The translations under genes were made by a program, and so were the position numbers. From assembly GCF_006345805.1 (NCBI RefSeq), contig NC_043003.1, positions 5,518,001 through 5,582,000 on the forward strand: DNA of 64,000 nt. The letters are read 5' to 3'. Below the pieces are notes generated by a model, which ran no database searches, was not told the origin of the DNA, and was given only the letters and a program-made list of their open reading frames with translations. Of this stretch, positions 39,499 through 53,719 are shown in pieces. This stretch comes from Octopus sinensis. Taxonomy: Eukaryota. Position 1 is the stretch's first letter. Every line of letters starts with the position of its first letter.

Positions 39499-39666
39499 GT
39501 ATATATGTGCATATATACATACATGCATAAATGTATATATACACACATACACATCTATGTATGTAGGTGTATACGTATATTATATATATAGATGTATATG
39601 TGTATATATACATTCATATATAGATGTATATGTGTATATATATATATAGATATATATGTATGTATG

Positions 39667-39697
<31 letters not shown>

Positions 39698-40077
39698 ATA
39701 TTATATATATATATAATATATATATATATGTATGTATATTCATGCAATCACACATCGATCCATATAGAATTTGTGTGTGCTCGTGCAGGTGCTTGCATAT
39801 GTGGATGTATGTGTATATATATGCATGTGTCTATATTTAAGTATGTGTGCGTGTGTATAATATCTCCATTACAAATAATTTACTGGAATGCTTCCTTCTT
39901 TCCATTCTGAAATGAATTTTAGGTTGATTTATATTAATATTATTTTTTTTGTTTCGCCGTTACTAAGATTACTCTCCAGGTAAAATCTGGAAGTCTTTTA
40001 CAATGAAATCAGCAAAATATGGCGGAAATAACACACACACACAGACAAACGCGCTGACACACACACCCACTCACTCA

Positions 40078-40123
<46 letters not shown>

Positions 40124-40427
40124 ACACACACACACACTCACGCACACAAGAATACAGACACATAAATTTACATGTACAAACGGAAAATAGTTTAATATAT
40201 AGTACAAAATATCAAAATATAAAGAAATATTTAATAATATTTTTTTGATTTTATTATTATCATTATTATTATAGTTATTATTATTAATACTATTATTATT
40301 ACTTACTTCGCGTATGTAACGATCTCCGAAAATAGCTTAGAAGTTAATTCTGAACTGTTTAACAACTGAAAATACACACATCCTCTCACATATACACACA
40401 TAAAACAGTATACACATACATATATGT

Positions 40428-40472
<45 letters not shown>

Positions 40473-40719
40473 GTATATATGTATAAGTATGTATGTAAAT
40501 ATATATACATATATATATATATATAATGTCTGTATATATGTGTCAAGTGTGTATATTTTTCGTTTGTTCTTTTATTGATTAGTTTTTCTTTTCGAAACTT
40601 ACCTACAAAGAGAAGACAAAAGAAAACAAGAAATTAGATATTTATGGATATTTCAAATAGATCGGTTCTATAACGGGAATATATACAGAATACATAAATG
40701 TGTGTGTATAAATATATTG

Positions 40720-40768
<49 letters not shown>

Positions 40769-40899
40769 GCGTGGGGTGTGTGCGCGTATTGATATAAATG
40801 TACATGTAATATATATGCAGATATATATATATATATAAATATATGGATATTTTATATCAATATATAAATATATATATATATTCTCGCGTATACACACAT

Positions 40900-40950
<51 letters not shown>

Positions 40951-41849
40951 TATATATATATACAGACATCTACACGTTCATATGTGCAAGTGTTTATATA
41001 TATGTATACACACGCACATACAAATTTATATATATATATTTTATATATATACAGACATCTACACGTTCATATGTGCAAGTGTTTATATATATGTATACAC
41101 ACACACACAAATTTATATATATATAGATATATATACACGCGCGCGCGTGTATTACGGCCATATATCTTTCAAAGATTCATAAGAAAGGAAAATTTAAGAA
41201 AATGTTACATCAGTTTTTCTTATTTTCGCTAACGTTTTGTATTTGACGCGTTGTCGCTCTTGTTGTTGTTGTTGTTGTTGTGATTGTTGCTATTGTTAGT
41301 GATATTGTTGTTGTGGCTGTTGCTATTGTTGTTGCTGTTATTGTTGTGGTCGTCTTTTGTTTCGTTGATAAGTTTTTAATATTTATTTCATGAACAACTG
41401 AAGAACACTGCAATTGTGAATAGAATTTTTAATAAAACATGGAGCTGGTTCTGTGATAAAATATGATGTTGTTCGTCTTTGGAACTGTCAGCAGTAATAC
41501 ATAGTCACCCAGAACACCACGACTTACACACGTGGAACATTGATTCATGCATACATAAACGCACACATACACACACATATAAGATATACTAGGTGTGTGT
41601 GTGTGTGTGGGTGCATACACGTCCTCTTATTTGTGTGTGTGTGACTGTGTTTGACTGTGTGTGTGTGTGTGTATGTATATATGTATTTATGGGATCTGAA
41701 TTGGGCAGCTGGATAGGGTAAGGGGTAGTCAGCAGCGAATTTAGCTGTTCATATCTCGCTACGGACGCCATACCGTACGGCAGATACAGGTTTATGCCAG
41801 AATATATTCCCATCGGCGCAAACAGAAATATCTTGCTTTATTCATATAT

Positions 41850-42205
41850 GCATACACACACACATACATGCATGCATGCATGCATACATACATACATATA
41901 TACATGCATGCATACATACATACAAACATACACACATACATACATACATACATACATACATACACACACATACATGCATGCATGCATGCATACATACATA
42001 CATACATACATACATACATACCGTACATACATACATGCAAACATACATACATACATACATAATACATACATACACACATACAAACATACATACATATATA
42101 CATACATACATACATGCATACATGCATGCATGCATACATACATACATACATACATACATGCATACATACGTACATACATGCATACATACACACACACACA
42201 CACAT
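41850..42205. repeat. (CATA)n/(CATG)n microsatellite
   Basis: Imperfect tetranucleotide run. Confidence 0.95.
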
Positions 42206-43167
42206 GTGTGTAGAGAGAGAAGGAGTGAGTGGTGAGAAAGAGAAGAGTGCCGTGAGTAGTCTGCCTGTCTAAGTAAAGGTTCTCCGTCGGTGTCTACGAT
42301 TAGTATCCCAGTTATTCTCTCACCTGAAGTATTTACTCATTAAGACATAATTAGACACGTGCTTTTTAACACTAATTTATGGAACAAGCCATTGCGACTC
42401 ACAGACAGAGAGTGTGGGTGAGAAATCTGGGTCTATTAAATACTGTTACCCACCACCACCGCAGCCGCCACTAACTGAATTCCCTTGTTTCTATCTCGCC
42501 GAAGATACTGTAAAAGACTATTGTCGTGCTGTGAAATCGAACACGCGATCTCATGTTTGCAAGGCAATTTTGTTAACTCCTCGGCTTTTCGTGCAGCCAC
42601 ACGATATAATTTGAAAATTTGATTCTGGGACAACTTTGACAATAACAGAAAAATTTCTACACACACAGAAACACAAGGTATACACAGTCTCTCTAATCAA
42701 CAAACACGCACCAACACACACACACGCACCCGAACCCTATTGTGAATTATATTCTCATACACACACATATCTCAATGGCTTCGAGACACTGTCTTGTTAG
42801 AATTCTGACATTATCTCAAGTAAATTACGTATCTGTAAGCGTCCCGTTGACCACTGGTCAGTGTTCTTCATGCAATCAGTGATATTGCTTCGGTCATAGG
42901 CTTCAGTTAGCGCTCAATTACGTTTCTTCTGTATCCAATCCGTAATAGATAACAATGATAGCACGTAACCTTGTTACCACACTGACAAAATATTACGATA
43001 TCATTCGATATTAAATGGAAGAAAAACAGAACTAACCATCTCCAGCATTAGCTGAAAGTCACAGAATTACAAATGACTTGTTTAGTTGAATGAAATGACT
43101 GTGTTAATATAACTGGTATCTATTTTACAGAGACCAGTTGAGACTATCCCCAATGAGTTACTTGTAT

Positions 43168-43557
43168 GGATGGATGGAAGCACTCCGTCGGTTACGACGA
43201 CGAGGGTTCCGGTTGATCCGATCAGCGGAACAGCCTGCTCGTGAAATTAACGTGTAAGTGGCTGAGCACTCCACAGACACGTGCACCCTTAACGTAGTTC
43301 TCGGGGATATTCAGCGTGACACAGAGAGTGACAAGGTCGGCCCTTTGAAATACAGGTACAACAGAAACAGGAACTAAGAGTGAGAGAAATTGTGGTGAAA
43401 GAGTACAGCAGGGATCACCACCATCTCTGCCGGAGCCTCGTGGAGCTTTTAGGTGTTTTCGCTCAATAAACACTCACAACGCCCGGTCTGGGAATCGAAA
43501 CCGCGATCCTACGACCGCGAGTCCGCTGCCCTCACCACTGGGTCATTGCGCCTCTAC
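43168..43557 (-). mobile_element. Full-length tRNA-derived SINE, family C, (TCCA)n tail, 8-bp TSD
   Basis: Minus strand GAGGCGCAATGACCCAGTGGTGAGGG (A box) ... GGTTTCGATTCC (B box). ACTTGTAT at 43160-43167 and 43558-43565. Confidence 0.9.
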
Positions 43558-43629
43558 ACTTGTATATAGTGTAGTACAGTCGAGAGATGGCTTAAAGGTT
43601 CGAGTGCAGAGGGATCCTAATGTAATGTA

Positions 43630-43827
43630 ACCAAATGTGAATCGTTGGCGATTTTTCTCCTTCGTCTTCTTTTCTATTGGACTTTGCGCTGTTTCTGAAG
43701 CAAAGCGTTGCTCGAAACGTTAAACCATCTTTCTTTCCTTCCCCGAGCGTCTGCTAATACTTTAAATGTACCCAGTGCTCGCGTTGATGTTTTTTTTTGT
43801 ATGTTTATTGTTCCTTTGTTTTGGATT

Positions 43828-43830
<3 letters not shown>
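43630..43830 (+). mobile_element. pLTR-like mini-element with degenerate hammerhead (43691-43725)
   Basis: gttt CTGAAGC a aagc gtt gctc GAAA cg TT aaac. Homologous to 31180-31380 and ends in (TA)n. Confidence 0.7.
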
Positions 43831-43874
<44 letters not shown>

Positions 43875-43877
43875 ATG

Positions 43878-44410
43878 GATTAAATCCAAAAAACATAGGC
43901 GGGGAAAGGTGATGAACCTCATTCGTATATTTTAAATTCGGCGGTACTGGACGTTAAATATTATCTGTCTGATACTGTTAATTGGAGAGGTGTATTCAAT
44001 TCTTCCAGTGCCTCCGGATTCAATATTGTGAAGATCCATGCTGATGAGGAAAGTGTTCCGGGTAAAGTATAAATTATACTTTCTTTATACCGATCTAATT
44101 CCGAAACGCGTACATGGGTAATCAAATATCGATTGATTTTCGTTATTTTTCCTCTCTGCCTGCGTGGATTGTTTTCGAGTACTTTGTTTTTGTCCGGGAA
44201 TCTCTTTTAAAAGTAGAGGAAATAGCTAAGGTTCTCTGGCTGTTATTTCTAAACTTCGGTACGTGGTAAAGCAAATCTTCGCTGAACCCTAATTATAAAA
44301 TATTACTTAAGTTTACCGAGAAATGGTCCTTTTTCATGTCGAATTCTACTTGGTGAAATTATTGATTACTAGTTAATTAATTAATTTTATCCTTTGTTAT
44401 TATTGGTAAT
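43878..44410 (+). mobile_element. Penelope-like pLTR between two (TA)n tracts
   Basis: Contains a canonical minimal hammerhead; its 3' part is homologous to 5795-5978. Confidence 0.7.
44034..44119 (+). ncRNA. Type I hammerhead ribozyme with intact core, palindromic stem III and extended stem II
   Basis: atccatg CTGATGA ggaa [47 nt] ttcc GAAA cgcg TA catgggt. Predicted cleavage after A44112 (GUA). Confidence 0.85.
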
Positions 44411-46470
44411 ATATATATATATATATATATAGTAAATAATTTATAGACTAGCTTATCAAATCCCTTGTATATCTAAGGCTGAGAGAACAGAGGGTATTAT
44501 CTGTTAGGGGTAGGGCTGAGGGAGTAGACAGACATTCTAGTTGGTATAATCATAAAAAAATCAAGATTTATTATAAGCAATCTCATGAGGTTTAGTAAGG
44601 GAAAACTTAAAACATGATGTTACCTGATTATTAAGGGGATCGCCCACTAGCAGACTATTGATAATGAAACAGAGGAAGTCTTATCATGTAGTACTACAGT
44701 TAAATATTTTAAACAATGTTGCTATATTGTATACAGTTAAAGTTTTTGGGTTATTCAAAGGATTATTAAGAAGAATATTATAACAAAAGGATAGAAATTT
44801 ATGAATACTTTTGAGTATATACCAAACTTTTAGCACAACAGAGGGAGGAAAAGAAATTATCCAGAAATAGTTTAATATTTATACATATTGTACACTTAAA
44901 TACTAACTCATCAGATGGTATCTGGGAATATTGATTAATTGGCATATACTGGTATTAATAAAGGAGTATTGAGGTAAAGGATCATGCTAATTATGTATTA
45001 ATAAAATTATAATCTGAGCAGTATTTTTTTTTTATAAGTAGTGAATATACCAGTATAGTTTTATATAAGCTCAGTATGAATTTATAGAGATACAAAAATT
45101 AGATTAATTTCATAAATAATTAAAGGCTGATTATAAAATAATGAAGAAATAAAATAAAGTAATTAAGTAGGGCAGAACACCATAGAAAAGGAATAAAATG
45201 GCTTAATTACTAATACTATGGTAAAGTATATGTAGCTTGTTAACACCAATGGGGAAGATTTTAGGAAAATGTATAATAATTCAAAATGTATTAGACTAAA
45301 AATTATTTATTTACTTATTTAGCTAATATCAATAAAAGACTGATGTTTGGTATCAGCTAAAGGAATATTTAAGTTATGGAACAATCATATTTTACACTAA
45401 TTTTTTTTAATTAAGGGTTATATTATAGGTTTAAGAAGTTATTAACAATAATAACTTCTTATCTTCTAGAAAAAGCAGTCAAAGTTCCCTCAAATTAAAC
45501 ATTACTGTCTAAAAATGACATTGCTTAGCGGAATCCTTGATGCCTAGCACATAGGGAAAAGGCAGGGTGGTCATAATTTGATTGTCATTAATATTTGCTC
45601 AGCTTGATTTGGGCTGGGTTGGGAGTAAGTGACCTTAAAACAACAACACTAGCAATAACAACAGCAACAACAATCATTCAGGAACCAATGACAAAGCTTT
45701 CACGTGATCGCTCAACGTGCTAGAAATAGCAGTCAATGTAACCTTCAAGTATACGCTAGCGTTTATCAAATGGGAAGGTGTATGCGGAAGGATAGCCATA
45801 AGGAATACTTTTGAACATATTAAAATCATATTAAAATCTCGAACGGAGGAAATTAAAAAAAAAAGGAATACGAGCGAAGTAGCGGTCTGCGATGGAAATC
45901 CGTCGCTAAACATTTGGTATTTCGGATTTTACACTAATAGGATGGAAAACTCTGCAGAATATTTCTAGAATCAGGAGTCAATTTGGAAATATGATGACAT
46001 CTTAAGAACGTTGCAAAATATTCGTTGGAAAGAGACTAACAGAAGAATCCGCAGGAATATTACATTTTGACCTCGTTCTTGCAACATTGCTGCTTCTCAT
46101 GAAATTCCGATTGAAATCAATAAATAAATATCATATGTTCTTACTAATTAATTGATCGCTTAATCTATATTTAAATGTATTTAAGGTGGCTGTACCGCCT
46201 CTGATGAATTCTTCACGGATAATTGCAAGAAAGACACGGAGATATGCTTTTGTTTTGGGGTTTTTTGATTAATTTTACAAATCCGGGCAAATGGTTATTG
46301 CGTATTAGGAAGTGCTTTGACGACACGCACACACACACAGACATACAAACACACACGCAACACACATACACATGCACATTCATACACACGCACACATTTC
46401 TTTCCCTTGCGGCTTTATACATATTTCTAATTTACATATTTTCTTTTATATTACAATTTGCACACCCACC

Positions 46471-46508
<38 letters not shown>

Positions 46509-46530
46509 AATACATACACATTTCTGTGTG

Positions 46531-46576
<46 letters not shown>

Positions 46577-46755
46577 TATATATATATACATATATATATG
46601 TACCCACACATGTATATATATAACTTTCCTCGATTTCAGCACAACGTATTTCTGTAGTGGATATATAATAATATGTGGAAATTGACGATTTAACAGTCTG
46701 TTATCAGCATATTGGCATAGAAATAATTTTCTTTTGCCCTTGTTAATAAGTTGTT

Positions 46756-46822
<67 letters not shown>

Positions 46823-46824
<2 letters not shown>

Positions 46825-47090
46825 GCAGGAGTGGCTGTGTGGTAGGTAGCTTGCTAACCAACCACATGGTTCCGGGTTCAGTCCCACTGCGTGGCATCTT
46901 GGGCAAGTGTCTTCTACTATAGCCCCGGGCCGACCAATGCCTTGTGAGTGGATTTGGTAGACGGAAACTGAAAGAAGCCTGTCGTATATATGTATATATA
47001 TATATATGTGTATGTGTGTGAGTGTTTGTGTATGTGTGTTTGTCCCCCTAGCATTGCTTGACAACCAATGCTGGTGTGTTTACGTCCCTG
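46823..47090 (+). mobile_element. SINE family A, 3'-truncated
   Basis: CGCAGGAGTGGCTGTGTGGTAGG...CGGGTTCAGTCCCACTGCGTGGCATCTTGGGCAAGTG. Confidence 0.9.
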
Positions 47091-47208
47091 TGTGTGTGTA
47101 TGCAAATGTATAAATTATCTGTTTACCGCAGTTATAAGCGTTATAAACAACGTATTCAAATTAAGCTGGGTGAGGTAATATAGATGTTTATCCACCTGAC
47201 TGTCTGAC

Positions 47209-47305
47209 TGGCTATAGTAGAAGACACTTAGCCAAGGTGCCACGCGGTAGGACTGAACCTGAAACCATTTGATTGGTAAGCAAGCTACTTACCACACAGC
47301 AACTG
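47209..47305 (-). mobile_element. SINE family A, 5' fragment
   Basis: GGCTATAGTAGAAGACACTTAGCCAAGGTGCCACGC...CTACTTACCACACAGC. Confidence 0.8.
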
Positions 47306-48238
47306 TGTACTGGCACGTCATCAGGTGAGCGGCTTTGATAGCATTTCTATGAGATAATATTGAATGAATATATGTATATGACTTTATAGCGAGAAAACAC
47401 GAGACAAGCGGAGTGAACACTAGAGTTGCTACACGTGGTCGCTCAATATCCTACAAAGAGCACAGCCTATCTGCCTCATATCACAACACAAGTCTAAGCA
47501 GAACGTAAAGCCAAGAGACAAATTGACGGGATGTTCGTTGATAAAACAGCACGAATCATGTTTGTTTTATCAATTTTTGACCTTCAGCTAATCAACCAAG
47601 CTTCGAAAAAGCTAAACTGTCTGTCGTAAGTTTGTATGACGCTGTAGTATGTACTATGCTTTCACTGAATCTTACAGGTGCTTATGTAACCGCCAACAAG
47701 CATAAACACCCTGTCATTCCCTACACTTGACCCAGCGGAACATCAAGGGTGTGACAGTTGGAGGGAAAGAAAGTACCGCCTGCACGAGGTTGGTTGGCAT
47801 TTACAGCTAAGCAGACTGCTGCTCAGGGCACAACGCACTGCCTAGACCAGGAAGTGAACTCACTTTATTATGACCGTGAACGGAATAAAACAGTTGCTTT
47901 CATAAACAGCAACAGTAATGTAGATATTTGGTTGTTGAACCGAGCAATTCGATGGATCTTAAATAGAATTAAATGGTGTATGTATGATGACCAATATAAA
48001 TGGGTGAAGCAAATTTAAACATTTAATCATGAGATAAAGTTGATTATATTTGTCTTAGCGGATGTGGGCGAGAGATTATTATGATGTGTTAATAGACACA
48101 GAGATGGCTAGAGAGATGACCCGATAGTTGACCAGATAAGCAGAGATAACGAAATATAACATCTAATGAAAATGAGTGGACGATAGCCACACAATATAGT
48201 TTAATAGATGAAATATCCAGAATATATAGAAATTAGTA

Positions 48239-48287
<49 letters not shown>

Positions 48288-48322
48288 AATATATATATAT
48301 ATACACACATACTTACACAGAT

Positions 48323-48354
<32 letters not shown>

Positions 48355-48436
48355 CACACGCATACTTACACAGATATGCATATATATATATACACACGCA
48401 TACTTACACAGATATACATATATATATACACACACA

Positions 48437-48481
<45 letters not shown>

Positions 48482-48918
48482 TATATGTATATACACACAC
48501 ACATACACAGATATATATGCACTCAGACACCTACAAACATATATGCATATATACATCTACCTATTTGTGTTTGGCTGATTATGTAGATGGAAGTGTGTGG
48601 GGGTGGGATCGCGGGCGGCTTGTGCACGTGCGCATAAAGCGAGATCACACAATTTTAATATTGAATGTACGTCTTTGTAGAAATCCGAGCGATATTCTAA
48701 TCGTCTACACTTATCATCGGCGTCTATTTAACAATATAGCGTTGTGCCTGCGAATGTTCTAATTACATACAAGCAACCATACATATACGCATACATGCAA
48801 ACGCGCCTATATGCATACATACATACATGCTCACACTCTTATGTATATACAATACATCTTAGTTATACGGTCACACACATACCAGCATGCAACATTATTC
48901 AGCGCACTTGTGAGCGTG

Positions 48919-48949
<31 letters not shown>

Positions 48950-49120
48950 ATATATACATGTATATAATATATATATACATGTATGTAAATATATATGTGT
49001 GTGTGTGTATATATATATACATGTATGCATGTATGTATATATATATATACATGTATACATGCATGTATGTATGTATTATATATATATATACATATACATG
49101 TATACATGCATGTATGTATG

Positions 49121-49175
<55 letters not shown>

Positions 49176-49439
49176 CTACATATATATATAGTATATGATA
49201 TATATACAAGTAAATATATACGTATATATGTATAGATTAAATATACCGACAGACAGAGATAGATAGATAAATACACACACCACACAAACATCCCCACACA
49301 GAAAATATCCCTATGTATATAATTGTATTTATTACAAAACCACATTAATGATAGAGTATATTTATACCATTATTATAGTAATGAATTTCGATTTGCGACC
49401 AATCTATCTGAAAGCTTAAGGAGCGGAAACTCTCGTTAC

Positions 49440-50150
49440 TTTCTTTCTCGTCTGCTGCCTTGTTATTTCGTAGTTAAGAGAATTAGTTGTTAATGTAATT
49501 ACAAAGAACTGTTGAACTACATAAGACTGTGAACAGTTGAAAGATAACTTGAGCTAGATATACAGCAGCGGAGAATCAGTGTGAATCTTCGCTTGCACCT
49601 GATACGTTGTCCAAACGGACATAGAAGTCCAGTTTTGATTTCAAATTGTTTGAGGAAATCTCAAGAGTTGTGAGCTTGGAGCACAATTTTGCTAATCGTT
49701 TTAGATATTCATATAGTATTCTTACGTGCCACACTCTTCAATAGAACCATCTACCTGCGCTCTTATACCCAAGTGAGGCGTCAGCTACTACGAAGATAGA
49801 ACTCTAATTGGCTACGACACAAAGAGCCATGGAAAAATCCATGCTAGGAATATTAAGAGAGCATATTCTAGATGAGATTATTCGAGAATGGAGCGGAGTA
49901 GCAAGGTGATCGCAGATTACCGAAAGTACAACTTCCGCTGATCCGGACATATCGCAAGGTTCACAGACAAGCGATGGACCGGTACAATTGTCGAGTGGTA
50001 TCCAAAAAATAAGAAAAGTCCACCTGGAAGATCTCCACAAAGATTGGACGACGATTTAGTTAAGCAACTTGGGTCAAAATGGAAAAGAACGACACAAACA
50101 AGTTAAAATTGGAGGCACATTGTGACAAGTGGTGTGTAACAGCATTTGAT
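49440..50150 (+). mobile_element. Decayed RTE-clade LINE, 3' part
   Basis: LPALLYPSEA, TTQRAMEKSMLGI, IIREWSGV, GHIARFTDKRWT..IVEWYPKNKKSPPGRSPQRLDDDL. Confidence 0.85.
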
Positions 50151-50235
50151 CGTCTCGCCAATTCTCTGATATTCTGTTACAATCACAAGCAGAGATGGAT
50201 AACCTCTTGACTCACTTCTCGGTTTCTACCTAATA

Positions 50236-50383
50236 CCTATTTCTTTACTACCCACAAGGGGTTAAACACAGAGAGGACAAACAAGGACAGACAAACGCAT
50301 TAAGTCGATTACATCGACCCCGGTACGTAATACAACTAAGCATTTTGCCCGGCGTGCTAACGGTTCTGCCGGCTCGCTGCCTT
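50236..50383 (-). mobile_element. Internally deleted SINE family B with 14-bp TSD
   Basis: Head and Tx1-like tail are joined without the B box and core. GTTTCTACCTAATA at 50222-50235 and 50384-50397. Confidence 0.85.
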
Positions 50384-52169
50384 GTTTCTACCTAATATCG
50401 AGAATGTGACAACTGGAGGGAATGTGAGTTCTGTCAACTTAAGGTTGGTACTCATTGGCAGTTGGCACCAGTGAAAATCATGTACCTTGTTCAAGGACAC
50501 AACTCGTTCACTTGGGCAAGTATCGATCGAACACACAAACGTCGACCCTAAACCCAGCACCCTGTCCGCCAAGTCACGCACCTTCATAAACAACATATAA
50601 TGTGCAGGTATTTGGTTGGTATTTCTCGTAGGCCAAACAAACATACACAGAATCCTTCGTCTGATTTTAATAAATACCAAGCGATGTATGTATAAAGACA
50701 AATACAAGAGTGAGCCAAATATGATATGGAATTAGTTGGAGAAGCTAGCGTGTTTCTGCTTTTGGTAGAAGGTAGAGTATTGATTCTAAGAAGATTTGAC
50801 TGTTGTTTCTAGCAGGGGAAGCAAAGTTGCACAAGTTCTTCATTGCCAGTGTAAACAGAATTGGACGTTCAGCATACAAATATACATCAAAAGTAGGTTT
50901 AGTGTGTTTGCGAAAAACAGAGATATTAGAGCGAAAATGAATCGTCTAAAATCAATATAATGTAGTTGTGGCCAAATATTTCATTACCAAATTAATTATA
51001 CATGTACTTTAATCAACTTTCTGGCACAGAAAAGGTAATTGATCACACTTCTGCTTTGAGTGACAAACATATATTTACCTTTAGAACACAGAATACACAA
51101 CGAACATTGCTTGGTCAATATTTTATGACGATCAGAAATGTTGATTTAAGTGCATTTATAATCATTTTTAAAATTAAACTGCCTGGGAGAAACATTTACT
51201 TTTCTTTCCATCATAAACATTTTGGTTTTAATATAAGTACTTTACGTCCAAATGTGTCTAGATCTCTTTGAAGGCTTATGGCATTATTTTAAAATGAAGG
51301 ACACTTTCGATGAGGTATAGATACACTCTATGAAAATATAACCTGGAGAAACTCGCGGGTTCCTTAATTTTTAGTTTTGGGGCTTAGTCATCAGAAGGTG
51401 AGTTCGTAATTTTTTTCAGGTTTCCAGTGAGTAATGGAAGAAGTAAAATTCACATTGCTGACTTGGCAGGAAAACTAGCAAGAGTAAGAACTGCACTGAG
51501 GGCATCCAACGTTTAGCAGATGGTGTTCAAACTAAACAGGGAAAAACATATAAAGGCTAAGAAGCGTGTAATTAGGGCATTCCACTTTATGGGCGCTCGA
51601 TCATGTCTGACATGTGACTAAACAACAACACGAACAAGATGCTTTACATAACTGACAACCTCAATACTTGACGTTATCTGAACCATGAGACAAGTGTAAC
51701 ATATTCTTCAAAAAGGGTAAGAGTTTTATTAAACATACACAAATAAACTCTTATTTTATATAGTATGGATGTGTAATATATACACTACATTACGTGGTCT
51801 AGAAAAAAGTTTATTGCTTATATCTTCAAAAAAAAATATTTATACACGCATAATCAAACATATCATATATATAATATATATATATATATATATAATATAT
51901 ATTATATACATAAGCATATACAAACATGTGTGGTGTGTGTGTCTATATATTATATTAATATTATATAGATATATATATATGAGTGTGTGTGTGTGTGTGT
52001 GTGTATAAAACGTCACCAACGGTGCAAGCAACATGAATACGTAAATAAAAAAGGAAAAACGAGTGAAATACATAAACGAGGAAAAAATGGTACACGGGAC
52101 AACATCAGTTGTCGGCTGTCTATCTATTCCTCATTTCGCGCATTCAACGACAAATATTACCCTTCAAAA

Positions 52170-52202
<33 letters not shown>

Positions 52203-52264
52203 AACGCCATGATGGACCGTTAGCTCCTACGCGCATTTTTTCCCTCCTTGTTTCTTTTCTGTGT

Positions 52265-52304
52265 ATCTTTCTGTCGAAGAGCATAGGCTCGAAACGTAAA
52301 AGAT
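52265..52304 (+). ncRNA. Minimal type I hammerhead-like motif (CUGUCGA core variant) in a pLTR-like repeat at about 52205-52345
   Basis: atcttt CTGTCGA a gagc atag gctc GAAA cg TA aaagat. Perfect 6-bp stem I and 4-bp stem II. Confidence 0.7.
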
Positions 52305-52523
52305 TTGTTTTATTTCTATTCCTGAGCGTCATACTAATACATATATACTATATATACTAATACATATATATATATATATATATATATGTAGATATATTCC
52401 AAGAAAGTTAGGGGTTGTGAATCCAACCAACTAAGGGATAATATCTATCCAACTGCATTGCAATTACATTACTTAGTGTACTAAATGGGTGAGGGTAAAG
52501 AGTTATTTTACCATTAATTTATT

Positions 52524-52604
52524 GAGCAATAAAAAAATGGAGGGGATCAAGAGGTGGTAGTCATCTCTGAATACCACTTATTGACCCCCTCCATTTTCTT
52601 ATTG

Positions 52605-52607
<3 letters not shown>
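52524..52607. repeat. Imperfect inverted repeat, about 36-bp arms
   Basis: GAGCAATAAAAAAATGGAGGGGATCAAGAGGTGGTA...TACCACTTATTGACCCCCTCCATTTTCTTATTGCTC. Confidence 0.85.
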
Positions 52608-52666
<59 letters not shown>

Positions 52667-53719
52667 TGAAGAGATGGTGGTGTGGATTTCCACCTCGGGA
52701 TCCGAAACTCATAGTTTTATCTTGGCTACCGAATAATTGTCACATATTATATTTACAGATAAATTCCTTTATTTACATAATATTGAGGTCTCTTTCTTTC
52801 TTTTGTTATCTTTATATATATATATATATATATACGCATGTGTTTGTTTGTTTGTGTGTGTGTGTATGCGTATTTATGTATATTTACCTACATAAACACG
52901 TAGATATATAAGGTCATGGGTGGGTTGAGAGAGGAGATATTTCCGAGGCAGCATTCAATCCGTGATTTAGTCAATCTAAACTGTCGTGGATTATAGTTTT
53001 AAGGAAAATCGAAATTCTTCGGGAGTAGAAAATCCAGCGTCACAAGAGTAAAACCATTGCATAGGTTTAGCGAAGAGTAGAATATAAACGAAATAAGCGA
53101 GACAAAGAAAGATTTCATTACATCTTTAATGACAAGTTACAATTGTTTCTGTACCACCTCTGCTTTTAACACTAGCTCAGGCTATAGTTTCAAGTGAAAA
53201 TGTACGTAATATTTGTTATTTGAAATAGAATAGTGGGACTTCTTCATGTATGCATCAAATGTACGCTCTTATATTGTGCATCTGCAAGACTTTATATTTT
53301 GCTTATATTATAGGAAGAGACGAAAAGTATAAATGAAGATAAAATTGAAAATAAATAATGAAAACACGGACAGGGCAAATACAAAATCAGTAACAAGGAA
53401 GATAAAAGTATGCTTCTTTATCCTATAACCATACTTCAACGATGAAGAGAGCAATATGACTGAGTAACCCCACCTCACCAAAAAAAAACCCGGTTTATCA
53501 GACTGCTAAGAATAGCAGACAAATCTTCCTCAAAGCATATCTTGCCATCTTAGAAAAGGATACATTGTAAAAACTATAGGTCCTAGGTTTCATGCCATGA
53601 GAAACATCCGCGAGATGGGCCCTCGTGAATACATTTGTTTAAAGGTTTACTCTATCAATGTTGGCCTCTAATATTAACTCCACCAATGGCAATGAAACAC
53701 CACCAGCAAAAATAATAAA

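Noticed and set aside
44460-45480. C-poor, AT-rich kilobase that looked like a mitochondrial insertion or Penelope ORF
   Set aside because: I could not recognise any mitochondrial gene, tRNA, RT or GIY-YIG motif in the frames I tried. Left unassigned; BLAST would be decisive.
52660-52720. CTGAAGA...GAAAC as a hammerhead
   Set aside because: Stem II does not pair directly at the core and stem I would be only 2 bp. At best a relic.
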